From Anaerolineales bacterium (GTDB taxonomy: Bacteria > Chloroflexota > Anaerolineae > Anaerolineales > UBA11858): 64,000 nt of DNA. The number at the start of each line of letters is the position of its first letter. Position 1 is the first letter of the stretch. Below the pieces are notes generated by a model. It was not told the DNA's origin and did no database searches. It saw nothing but the letters and a program-made list of their open reading frames with translations. Shown piece by piece: positions 1-9,269 of this stretch. The DNA is taken from contig JAWODY010000036.1 of the NCBI GenBank assembly GCA_046483045.1, positions 1,848 to 65,847 of the forward strand, read 5' to 3'. Made by a program: the position numbers and the translations under genes.

Positions 1-327
1 CATCTGCTCAGCAGTTTCCCCACGCGCTCCCGCGTAGGTCATCCCCAGGGCAACTGAAATGCTGTAAGGCGAATAAAAGAGATTCTTTTCCTTCTCTTCC
101 ACCTGATGGTACAAATCCAGCGCAAAAGCAAGGTTTCCATCGCTCAGCACAGCGAGATCCTCTCCAGGCACATCATCCGCAGAAGCCCGGTCCTGTTCAG
201 AACGCACCTCATCTACATCCCCGGGCCCTTGAGACTTCGGGGTGGATATCCCGCACCCAACCAGGGGGAAGATCAAGCTAAAGACAAGCAACACTCCCAG
301 ACCTTTCATCACAGCACGATTTTTCAT
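1..327 (-). CDS. Serpin (serine protease inhibitor) lipoprotein, N-terminal part, runs off window edge
   Basis: Manual translation from ATG at 327: MKNRAVMKGLGVLLVFSLIFPLVGC (lipobox-like) ... GNLAFALDLYHQVEEKEKNLFYSPYSISVALGMTYAGARGETAEQM, the typical serpin helix A/B signature. Not in the ORF track. Confidence 0.88.
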   Translation of the reverse strand, partial: MKNRAVMKGLGVLLVFSLIFPLVGCGISTPKSQGPGDVDEVRSEQDRASADDVPGEDLAVLSDGNLAFALDLYHQVEEKEKNLFYSPYSISVALGMTYAGARGETAEQM

Positions 328-477
328 GGGTTATCTCTCCTTCTCAAATATCTGATTCGAGCTTACTACATATATGACGATAGAATGGGACCATTTGTTC
401 CCCGGGAAAAGGGCCTTTGGTTTGGATGTCTCTCATCATTGAAAACGTGTTTCCAGGTAACCCCAAGGCGCAGGTCA

Positions 478-2856
478 TTAACGGCGAAACTGGACAACCG
501 TCACCCCGTCACCCCCTTCATTCGGATCCCCCGCCTGAAATGAGTCCACGTGAGGATGGCCCTTCAATTCCTGACGCACCGCGGACCGCAGACGTCCGGT
601 GCCCTTCCCATGGATGATCCGCACATAAGGCAGGCCGGACAGATACGCTTTATCCAGGTAATATTCCAGGTTCCTCAAGGCTTCGTCCGCGCGCTGGCCC
701 CGCAGGTCAATTTCTGTGCCCGGAGAAGCCACATCCTTAGGTTTCCTGACCGTAGAGCGGGGACCCTTTTCGTCCGGGATCCCTTCCCCGGTGGGTTCCA
801 AATCCTCCATGTCCGCCCGAACGCGCATGTTCCCCACCTGGACTTCAGCATTTCCCCCATCCATGGATTCCACAATACCTTTCTGGTCCAAGGTGCGGAT
901 ATAGACCCGGCTGCCCTCCAAGATCGGACCTTGCTTCTGGCGGTGAGGAATGTCTGGACGACGCCGGGGCACAGGTTGGGATAACTCCTCATCCACTTCC
1001 TCGATTTTATCCTCCACCTCTTCCAATTCCTGGGAGGGTTCCTCGTCCCGCTCCAGCATCTCCTTAATGTTCTGCACCTGACCCCGAAGTTCTTCCACTT
1101 CTTCCCGCGCATTCCTGCGGGCTTCCTTCATGGCCTGGCGGCGCTCCTCCTCAATTTTCTCCAACCGGTCCGCGAGTTCAGCCCGGATCTCTTTGGCTTC
1201 CTGCTCTGCTTTTTCCGCTGACTGCCTGGCTTCCTCAGCCATACGGCGCTGGTGGCGGATTTCGTCCAGCAAATCGTCAGCTTTGACGTCCGCCGGATTG
1301 ATTTTTTCCCTCGCCTCTGAAACGATCTCCTCGGGGAGGCCCAGCCGGCTGGCGATGGCCAGGGCATTGGAACGCCCAGGCAGGCCAACCGTAAGATGGT
1401 AGGTCGGTTCCAGGGTTTCCAGGTCAAACTCCACAGCAGCATTGACCACCCCCGGGGTGGTGTGGGCGTAAGCCTTTAAATCCGGATGATGCGTCGTGAC
1501 CAGGGTGGTGATCCCCCAATCCAAAATGTGCGTCATCAGGGCCCGGGCCAGCGCCGCTCCCTCCTGGGGGTCCGTACCTGCACCCAACTCATCCAGGATG
1601 ACCAGAGAGTGTGGATTCGCCTGCCCCAGGATGTCAATGATATTCGTGATGTGGGAAGAGAACGTGGACAGGGACTGTTCGATAGATTGTTCATCCCCGA
1701 TATCAGCAAAAACATCTTCAAACAGGCTCAATTCAGAACCGGACGCTGCCGGTATGTGCAGCCCCGTCTGGGCCATACAAGCCAAAAGCCCCACCGTCTT
1801 CAACGTGACAGTTTTTCCGCCCGTGTTCGGACCGGTGATGATCAAGGCATATGTCTGGTCGTCGAGAGCGATATCAATGGGCACCACATCCCCCTCAGGG
1901 AGAAGAGGATGCCGGGCGCCGTACAAACGCAGCACCACGCCGGGATGGACGCCCTCCGTCTTTTCCGGGAAGAGGTGCATCTGCGGCCGGTGGGCATCCA
2001 GCGACTGGGCGTACCGCCCGCGGGCCAAAGCCAGATCAAAATCAGCCAGGGTCCCAACCATTTCCTTCAACGTCAAACTCTGCTCTCCCACCTGTTTGGA
2101 AAGCGCTGACAAGATCCGGCGCTCTTCATTCCTTTCGTCCAGTTTCAACTGCCTGTGGCGGTTGTTCCCTTCCACCAAACGTTCGGGTTCAAGATATAAC
2201 GTAGCGCCGCTGGCTGATTTATCATGCACGATCCCCCGCACTTTTCCTTTGGCGTCTGCCCGGATGGGGAGCACATACCGGCCTTCCCGTTGGGTGTAAA
2301 TGGGCTCCTGTAAATATTTTGAGATCCGGGAGCTGTTGACCATGCTGCTCATCCGATCCCGCAAACGATCGTGCTGGACCCTCAACTCGCGACGGATGCG
2401 CGCCAGGTCCTCTGATGCTGAATCCAGAATCTCCCCCTCATCCGAGATGGCTTTTGATATAGCATCCACCAACCCCAGCGAAGCAGGTAAATGGGAGGAC
2501 ATACCGCTCAGGCGAGGATATGCATCCCGGGTGTCATCCATGAACCTGCCCAAATCTCGGGCTGCAATCAACGTGTATTTCACCCGCGTCAGGTGGTCCG
2601 GATCCAGGAGAATACCCCGGAGGGCGTCCTCGACAATGGACCGAAGATCTCTGGCACCCCCTATGCCGACGCCGGGATGGAGCGAAAGTAAGCGCACCGC
2701 CTCTTCTGTCTCCGCCTGTAGGTGATCTATTTCTTCCTTGTCCGTGGAGGGGTGTAACTCCAGCGCCCTCTCCCGGGCAACGCTGAAATGGCAATGATCA
2801 GCGAGCTGGTCGAGGATTTTATGGTATTCAAGTGTTTCCAACGCTTTTCGATTCAT
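478..2856 (-). CDS. mutS2: Endonuclease/ribosome-collision factor MutS2
   Basis: Walker A GPNTGGKT, DELGAGTDP, coiled coil, KOW-like region, C-terminal Smr domain (IDLRG...IIHGKGTG). Confidence 0.96.
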   Translation of the reverse strand: MNRKALETLEYHKILDQLADHCHFSVARERALELHPSTDKEEIDHLQAETEEAVRLLSLHPGVGIGGARDLRSIVEDALRGILLDPDHLTRVKYTLIAARDLGRFMDDTRDAYPRLSGMSSHLPASLGLVDAISKAISDEGEILDSASEDLARIRRELRVQHDRLRDRMSSMVNSSRISKYLQEPIYTQREGRYVLPIRADAKGKVRGIVHDKSASGATLYLEPERLVEGNNRHRQLKLDERNEERRILSALSKQVGEQSLTLKEMVGTLADFDLALARGRYAQSLDAHRPQMHLFPEKTEGVHPGVVLRLYGARHPLLPEGDVVPIDIALDDQTYALIITGPNTGGKTVTLKTVGLLACMAQTGLHIPAASGSELSLFEDVFADIGDEQSIEQSLSTFSSHITNIIDILGQANPHSLVILDELGAGTDPQEGAALARALMTHILDWGITTLVTTHHPDLKAYAHTTPGVVNAAVEFDLETLEPTYHLTVGLPGRSNALAIASRLGLPEEIVSEAREKINPADVKADDLLDEIRHQRRMAEEARQSAEKAEQEAKEIRAELADRLEKIEEERRQAMKEARRNAREEVEELRGQVQNIKEMLERDEEPSQELEEVEDKIEEVDEELSQPVPRRRPDIPHRQKQGPILEGSRVYIRTLDQKGIVESMDGGNAEVQVGNMRVRADMEDLEPTGEGIPDEKGPRSTVRKPKDVASPGTEIDLRGQRADEALRNLEYYLDKAYLSGLPYVRIIHGKGTGRLRSAVRQELKGHPHVDSFQAGDPNEGGDGVTVVQFRR

Positions 2857-3139
2857 CGATGACAGTGTACCACAAGGGGAGTGATTGGAAAGAGGTTGAA
2901 AAGTTGTTGGTGAAAATCATTGAACCTCACTGCCTTTCCCTCATTTTTCGTCCTGCTGAGTGATGGTTTGGAGAATCGACCTTCCCCATTTATCTGGGCC
3001 GATGATCCCAGGCAATCGTCGAATGGTCCTGAAATTCCTTTGGACCCAGGGTGACAAATATCGCTGGCTGGAAAACCTTTTCTTGGCTATAATCCTTCCA
3101 ATGCCTTGTTTTGTTATCCATACTTAATGGTAGGTATTT

Positions 3140-3955
3140 ATGGCTCGCCCTTTATGGTTCGTCAACCTCTTGAAATGGCTGTACCCCAGCCGGCGTATAT
3201 TCGCGAAAATGACCCGATTGCCAATGATTGGGCAGGTGGTCGATTACCTTTTCTTCCGGAAAGATGAGATCATATATCTACCCAAAGACAACACGGTAGC
3301 TATCCATGAAAACCTGGAAGACCCAACCAGTATGGTGCTGCCTTCACAGGTCGTGGACCATTTCATTCAACAAGCCACGCACCACTGGATTATGGACTTC
3401 TGCATCTGCCGGGAAGGGGAAGGATGCCGCGATTACCCCCATGATCTGGGGTGTATTTTTCTGGGGGAAAGCGTGACCAAAATTAACTCCGACCTGGGGA
3501 GAAGGGTGACCAAAGAAGAAGCGCTCCAGCACGCCAGACGCTGCCGTGAAGCAGGTTTGGTGCATACCATCGGGCGGAACCGCCTGGACGCCGTATGGTT
3601 AGGTGCCTTTCCCAGCCGCAAATTGATGACCATCTGCAACTGCTGCCCTTGCTGCTGCCTTTGGGGACTCGTCCCCCATCTTTCACCTGCCATCGGCGAT
3701 AAGATCACCAAGATGCCCGGGGTTCAGGTCTCGGTCAACGAACGCTGCACAGGCTGTGGTGAATGCCTCAACGGCATATGTGCCATGGAGGCTGTGGAAT
3801 GGAAAGACGGAAAAGCGGTCATCAATGGTGCCTGCCGGGGCTGCGGACGCTGCGTTGAAATTTGCCCCCAGGAGGCAATCCACCTCACCATTCAGGGGTC
3901 TCAGTCCCTTGAAAACACCGTCACCCGCATCTCCCCTTTGATTGATCTGGGATGA
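3140..3955 (+). CDS. 4Fe-4S dicluster (ferredoxin-domain) protein
   Basis: CTGCGECLNGIC and CRGCGRCVEIC motifs, plus CICR..C..C and CNCCPCCC cysteine clusters. Confidence 0.85.
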   Translation: MARPLWFVNLLKWLYPSRRIFAKMTRLPMIGQVVDYLFFRKDEIIYLPKDNTVAIHENLEDPTSMVLPSQVVDHFIQQATHHWIMDFCICREGEGCRDYPHDLGCIFLGESVTKINSDLGRRVTKEEALQHARRCREAGLVHTIGRNRLDAVWLGAFPSRKLMTICNCCPCCCLWGLVPHLSPAIGDKITKMPGVQVSVNERCTGCGECLNGICAMEAVEWKDGKAVINGACRGCGRCVEICPQEAIHLTIQGSQSLENTVTRISPLIDLG

Positions 3956-4032
3956 GCGGTTCTTGAAAATCCCCCCTCTGGAATGAACACTTTACTTAAT
4001 TTAAAGGGAAACCTGGACTCCATCTCCCGCTG

Positions 4033-5190
4033 TCAGCGGCGTTTCAAAATATGGGTCACTATCGTGGCTCCACTGCCGCCGATATTCTGGGCCATGCCCA
4101 CCTTCGCGCCATCGATTTGAGCCGGGCCCGCTTCACCACGCAGCTGCTTGACGACCTCTACGATCTGGTACATGCCCGTCGCCCCAACGGGATGGCCACG
4201 GGCTTTCAACCCGCCCATTGTCGTGATTGGAATCCTCCCATCCGGCCGGATCTCCCCCTCCTGTGCCAACCGGGGACCTTGTCCCCGCTCCGCGAACCCA
4301 CAGGCCTCTAAAGACAAAGCAGACATGATGGAAAAGGCATCGTGAATTTCAAAGAGGTCCATCTGCTCAGGACCCACGCCCGCCTGCCGGTATGCTTCCC
4401 GGGCAGATTTTTCAGCCGCAGCTAACCACAGGGGGTCATGGCGGTCATGAATGGCGACCGAATCCGTCGCCACCGCAGAGGCGTCAACGGTAATCAGCGA
4501 TCGTCCTCCACCCTTTTTCAAGGTATCAGCGGGGACGAGCAAAGACGCAGCTGCCCCGTCTCCCATAGGGGAGGCATCCATTAAATTGATAGGATCGCAA
4601 ATCATGCGCGCGTTCTTATACACTTTTTCTGTGATCGGTCGTTGAAATCGGGCAGAGGGATTGTTGGCGCCGTTGGCATGGGCGTTGACAGAGAAAGGTG
4701 CAAAATCCGCATGCTGCCAACCGTACTCGTACATATACCGGCGCATAATCAAAGCGTTTAGACCCACGAACGTCACCCCGTGGACCGTTTCCCAATTGGC
4801 GCTGGCAGCCGTGGCCAGGGCTGCGGTTGTCTCGCTGCTTGAGACATCGGTCATTTTTTCCAGGCCGACAGCGAGCACGCTGTCCATCATCCCCGAACCC
4901 ACCGCCATTAGTCCCGTCCTGAGAGCGAGTGCCCCCGAGCCGCAAGCAGCTTCCACTGTCATGGCTTCAATTCCCCGCATCCCAACCCAATCCGAGATCA
5001 AGGCGCCTAATTGAGTCTGCTTATCAACCTGACCCGCGAGCATGTTGCCCACATACAGGGCATCAACTTCCTCTCTTCCTGCATCATTCAAGGCCTGAAA
5101 AACAGCCTCGCCAGCCAGGTCCACCAAGGTTTTTTCCCAGTGTTCATCCACTGGAACCTGACCTATCCCTAAAATCGCTACCTCACGCAT
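4033..5190 (-). CDS. Thiolase (archaeal/SCP2-like acetyl-CoA acetyltransferase type)
   Basis: MREVAILGIG start with SD (aaagga); EAACGSG, FEIHDAF, GHPVGATG and NIGG motifs. Start moved from the track's 5274. Confidence 0.9.
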   Translation of the reverse strand: MREVAILGIGQVPVDEHWEKTLVDLAGEAVFQALNDAGREEVDALYVGNMLAGQVDKQTQLGALISDWVGMRGIEAMTVEAACGSGALALRTGLMAVGSGMMDSVLAVGLEKMTDVSSSETTAALATAASANWETVHGVTFVGLNALIMRRYMYEYGWQHADFAPFSVNAHANGANNPSARFQRPITEKVYKNARMICDPINLMDASPMGDGAAASLLVPADTLKKGGGRSLITVDASAVATDSVAIHDRHDPLWLAAAEKSAREAYRQAGVGPEQMDLFEIHDAFSIMSALSLEACGFAERGQGPRLAQEGEIRPDGRIPITTMGGLKARGHPVGATGMYQIVEVVKQLRGEAGPAQIDGAKVGMAQNIGGSGATIVTHILKRR

Positions 5191-5345
5191 ATAATCCTTT
5201 CTCGTCCTTCCTACCTTAAAAAGTCTCAACCAACACTTTGTTGAGTGTGTTCCTTTTCCAGCTTGCATTAACAATTATGCCCACGTCCGCTATCAAAAGC
5301 TATCAGTTTTGAGGAAGGGCATTTTCGCGGGAGAGCGGACTGCCG

Positions 5346-5525
5346 TTAAACCATCATCGCTAACAAATTCGCGATCACAATAACCCCAATGAATACCCAA
5401 ACCAGCCCCGCTGCCCCGTTGCCGGCCACAAAGTAGAGTCCAGCGCTGGGAAGGATCATGGCCAGGAAAACCATGATATGAACAGGGAAAGACCGCTCCC
5501 GGAGCCTCCGGAAAAAGACATTCAT
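5346..5525 (-). CDS. Small hydrophobic protein (59 aa, about 2 TM helices)
   Basis: MNVFFRRLRERSFPVHIMVFLAMILPSAGLYFVAGNGAAGLVWVFIGVIVIANLLAMMV. ATG overlaps the TGA of the upstream permease (ATGA). Below the ORF-track cutoff. Confidence 0.65.
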   Translation of the reverse strand: MNVFFRRLRERSFPVHIMVFLAMILPSAGLYFVAGNGAAGLVWVFIGVIVIANLLAMMV

Positions 5526-7051
5526 CGAAGGATAACTCCTATAACCGTCAGAGCGCTCATCAATGTCATCAACAAACCGATGTAGAGCAGCATTTTCCGC
5601 ATCACTTCCCCCTCCCGTCCGGCCATACCCGCTGTGCTTGCTCCCACGATGACTTTGGTAGGCGCGATCACTGAACCCAGGGCAGCCCCCGCGGTTTGGG
5701 CCGCCAGGATGATCGGCACGGAGATCCCTAATAAATCCGCAGTCCGCATCTGCAAGGCCGCAAATACCAGATTCGAGTTCGTATTGCTCCCCGTCATGAA
5801 GGCGCCCAGGGCGCCCATCCAGGGCGAAAGCAAGGGATACGCCTGACCGATAGTAGTGGAGACCCCACGGGCAAGGGTATCGGTCATCCCCGCGTGCTGC
5901 ATGATCACGGCCATCAAAACCATAGAGGAGACCCCCACGCTGGACGTAATCACCCGCTGGACGGTTCCACCCAGGATCCGCCTCAGAGCCCCTTTCTCAT
6001 ACCATCCCGCCCACCGGAAAATGAAGTAAGAAAGCAAGGAAGAAGTAAACAGGATCATCCCCGCATGGCGGAGAATATAAATTTGGTGACCCGGGCCAGG
6101 GTCCACGCCAAAGCCCAGAGCGGTCTCCGTTCCAGGAAAATCCCAGCCAATGACAATCCCGCTAAATATTTCCTGGACCTGGGGAATTAACTGGACACAC
6201 AAGGTTAATATAATCAGGATTCCGTAACCGGAGAGGGCTACCAGCAATCTGCCCCAGGCGACCTCACCTTCTTGATCCTCCTGACCCCGGAACCTGCGGG
6301 CGAGGGGGAAGCCTACCATCAGCCCCACCATTCCCCCGATGAATCCCCCGATGTTCCACAAACCGCCCGTAACAGTCAGAAATTGGCCGACGCCCATCGC
6401 AATTCCCATCACCATCACAGGTGCAAACAGACGACGCAGAGCTTTCCAACCCCCGGCGGCATGGGCCACCATAAATCCCACGCCCAAACCTGCAAACCCT
6501 AAAAACAACGCAGCGGGAGCAGCCAACGTATCCCACGTCAAACCAGTCGCTGCCATCAAAGCGTTAAAAGAGGAACCCAGAGATCCAAATGTCACCGACC
6601 AAGCATGACCCAGGGAGGGAATGACCACAGAGGTCAGAGCGGGAAATCCCAAGCCCCCCAGGATGGGGGCGATCACCGCGACAGGAACGCCAAACCCTCC
6701 CACCCCCTGCAAAAAGGATGCAAAAGCCCAGCCTATAACCAGGGCCTGCATGCCCCGGTCAGAGGTTAAATAAGGAAGCGCCTCACCGAGGATCTGAATG
6801 GCCCCAGCTTCATCCACGACACGGAAAAGCAAAAACGCGGTCCAGATGATGAGCAAGACATCAAGGATCAAAAACACCGCTTTGGCGTGCGCGTAGGCCA
6901 GAACCTCAGTCCCAGCTCCAAAGAAAGCGACAGCGATCAAAAGGGCGCTTAAGTATCCTGCTCCACCTGCCCGGGAAGCCCCCCACCGGAAGCCAACCAT
7001 CAAGAACAGAATGATGACAATAGGTAGGATAGCTAAAGCAAACATGGGCAC
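5522..7051 (-). CDS. L-lactate permease family transporter
   Basis: Highly hydrophobic; FLQGVGGFGVPVAV, MTGSNTNSN and GSVIAPTK motifs resemble LctP. Confidence 0.85.
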   Translation of the reverse strand: MPMFALAILPIVIILFLMVGFRWGASRAGGAGYLSALLIAVAFFGAGTEVLAYAHAKAVFLILDVLLIIWTAFLLFRVVDEAGAIQILGEALPYLTSDRGMQALVIGWAFASFLQGVGGFGVPVAVIAPILGGLGFPALTSVVIPSLGHAWSVTFGSLGSSFNALMAATGLTWDTLAAPAALFLGFAGLGVGFMVAHAAGGWKALRRLFAPVMVMGIAMGVGQFLTVTGGLWNIGGFIGGMVGLMVGFPLARRFRGQEDQEGEVAWGRLLVALSGYGILIILTLCVQLIPQVQEIFSGIVIGWDFPGTETALGFGVDPGPGHQIYILRHAGMILFTSSLLSYFIFRWAGWYEKGALRRILGGTVQRVITSSVGVSSMVLMAVIMQHAGMTDTLARGVSTTIGQAYPLLSPWMGALGAFMTGSNTNSNLVFAALQMRTADLLGISVPIILAAQTAGAALGSVIAPTKVIVGASTAGMAGREGEVMRKMLLYIGLLMTLMSALTVIGVILR

Positions 7052-7054
7052 AAG

Positions 7055-7996
7055 TTATCCTTTCTTGGACACGGTGTAGGCCCAGATGAGGAAAGAACCC
7101 AAAATCAAAGCTGGGAAGATCATCAATCCCGCATCGGGGCCAAAAATTCCTCCCGTCCACAAGGCAGGACCGTCCAGTTGTTGGATCAGCAAACCAGGCA
7201 CTTGAAGGCCATTGACCCGGAATCCAAAGAGGTTTCCCCCAAATACTTTCCAACCCAAGTGAAGCCCCAGCGGCAGCCACAACTGCCCCGAGGAAACCAG
7301 GGCATACCCATAGAAGAGCCCCAACACAAATAAGGCTGCCAAGGCTCTGACTGAAAAACCAGTACTGAATACATGGATGAGGGAGAAAACCAGGGCTGAT
7401 ATCCCTATCGCCCAATAATCCTGCAAGCCATCCTGAATATTCTTGAGCCAGTAGCCCCGAAAGAGTATTTCTTCCTGCCAGGCTTTCGCTAAAAAGACGA
7501 TCAGGAAAATAAACCAGAAGAGCGTGAATTGCTGGGGGACATCCACATTCCAGGCAAATCCCTGGAAATTCACCCAATCCAGGGCCCAAAAAACGAGAAA
7601 CAAAAATCCCGCTATCAAGAATGAAATCCCCATGCCCACTGCGAAATCAAGCCCGGCTTTGCTGTCAACGTGCAAACCAAGGCTCTTAAATGAACGATCG
7701 TCGAGAATCACCCGGGCGGCGAATACCGTCCCTATGATCCCCAAGAAGAGGATGAATCGGGAAATATAAAAATCATAAGAAAAAAGCGCAGGAAAATTGG
7801 AATACAGGTAATAGCGGAGGATGAACTGCATTCCCAATATAAAAGCGACCAAAACCAGGGACTGCAAGAGCAGGCGCCAGCCTGTCCTCAGGCGCCTCTC
7901 TTCCGGGGAGAAAAAGAGGGTATCTATAAAAGATCTATCTCTTTCGGCACGGTCTTGCTCCGGTGTCTCTTCAATCTGCGGATCATGTTCAGCCAT
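7055..7996 (-). CDS. CPBP (CAAX/Abi) intramembrane glutamic protease
   Basis: EEILFRGY, FSLIH and HLGW motifs; multiple TM segments. Confidence 0.88.
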   Translation of the reverse strand: MAEHDPQIEETPEQDRAERDRSFIDTLFFSPEERRLRTGWRLLLQSLVLVAFILGMQFILRYYLYSNFPALFSYDFYISRFILFLGIIGTVFAARVILDDRSFKSLGLHVDSKAGLDFAVGMGISFLIAGFLFLVFWALDWVNFQGFAWNVDVPQQFTLFWFIFLIVFLAKAWQEEILFRGYWLKNIQDGLQDYWAIGISALVFSLIHVFSTGFSVRALAALFVLGLFYGYALVSSGQLWLPLGLHLGWKVFGGNLFGFRVNGLQVPGLLIQQLDGPALWTGGIFGPDAGLMIFPALILGSFLIWAYTVSKKG

Positions 7997-8266
7997 AACT
8001 GGTTTCCTTTTCCTTATCATGTGTTTTTCTTAGGACACTGTGCCTATTCTAACATGGATAGACTTTCAGCGAGGGGGATGATCAACCACAGCCGCGGAAA
8101 TGGGAGAGCGTTTTCATGGAGGAAAAAGTGAGAAAAGGCCCCCATCCTCTCTGGAAATCAAATGTGGATTTCTTCCCCTGAAAACATGAAAGATGGTAGG
8201 TACGCGGAACTCACGGAAAGAGTAGAATAGACTTGGAGAATCATTCGCAAAACAAGGACCAGGAAT

Positions 8267-8947
8267 ATGGACCCTGTAATTTTAGATGACATCCCCTTCA
8301 ACCCTTCATACGAGCAGCTCGCCGAAGAGATGCGCGTCAGAAAGGGCAGCCCCCATGCGCTCGACCTGCAGCGTCTGCTGGAGGAAGCGAAGGAAATCGC
8401 GCGGCCCAAAGCTTTATATAAACTGGCTCCTATCGAAGAAAAAGGAGAAGATCTTGTGGTCCTGGATGGGACCCCTTTCCACAGCCGGGTTCTGCGCGTG
8501 AATCTTGATCCAGTCCACCGCGCCTTCCCTTATATATCTACCTGCGGCCGGGAGCTTAATGAGTGGAAAACCTCTCAAGAGGATACCATCTTAAACTACT
8601 ACGCGGGGGCCATCAACGACATCGCGCTGCGCGCTGCCCGGGATTATTTACAGGACCATCTCAGAGAAACCTACCAATTAGAAAAATCTTCCTATATGAG
8701 TCCCGGATCTTTGAAAGATTGGCCTCTCACCGAACAAAGAGCGCTGTTCAAGCTGCTGGGAAATCCCGAGAAATCGATCGGCGTTAATCTCAGTCCCAGC
8801 CTGATGATGATCCCAAGTCAAACCGTTTCCGGCATCCGCTTTTCTTCCGAAAAAGATTTCCAGAACTGCCAGCTCTGCCCCATGGAAAACTGCTCCCACC
8901 GCAAAGCGGCATACGACGAAGAACTCTACAAAAAACAATTTTCCTGA
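8267..8947 (+). CDS. Stand-alone B12-dependent methionine synthase activation-domain-like protein
   Basis: MSPGSLKDWPLTEQRALF, IGVNLSPSLMMIPSQTVSGI and C-terminal CQLCPMENCSHR match this family as recalled. Confidence 0.75.
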   Translation: MDPVILDDIPFNPSYEQLAEEMRVRKGSPHALDLQRLLEEAKEIARPKALYKLAPIEEKGEDLVVLDGTPFHSRVLRVNLDPVHRAFPYISTCGRELNEWKTSQEDTILNYYAGAINDIALRAARDYLQDHLRETYQLEKSSYMSPGSLKDWPLTEQRALFKLLGNPEKSIGVNLSPSLMMIPSQTVSGIRFSSEKDFQNCQLCPMENCSHRKAAYDEELYKKQFS

Positions 8948-9269
8948 CTGATCAGACCCCGGATGGAATCAACCACTTCGTTACCCGGGTCCCATTCTCC
9001 CTTTCGGGTAGCAATCCCCTGGGATGTAAACCGGTTGTAAGGTGACATCCGGGAGTTTTCCCCTATAAACATGCTCAGAAGCCCCCAAAACGTGTATATC
9101 CCACCATGCTGAGCGCTCTGAAATTGGCCGCAGAGCTGCCGTTTTTGCTATACTGGGGTGAAACCGGATAAAGAAGATGAACTGGAATGAACTTTCTGAA
9201 TCAATGGCTAACATTTTTTGTGTGCATGATCTGGAGATAGGCTAAGAGTGACAATCAGGGAAGACAAAC

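Noticed and set aside
106-2800. Many overlapping ORFs in the track (e.g. 106-543, 550-984, 1486-2109) and similar shadows throughout
   Set aside because: They are antisense or off-frame to well-supported genes (serpin, mutS2, etc.) and show no recognisable motifs.
9177-9245. 22-aa ORF MNWNELSESMANIFCVHDLEIG upstream of ThiF as a RiPP/microcin-C-like precursor
   Set aside because: Only a weak SD (aagaag), no C-terminal Asn or GG, and competing short frames overlap it. Unsupported without conservation data.
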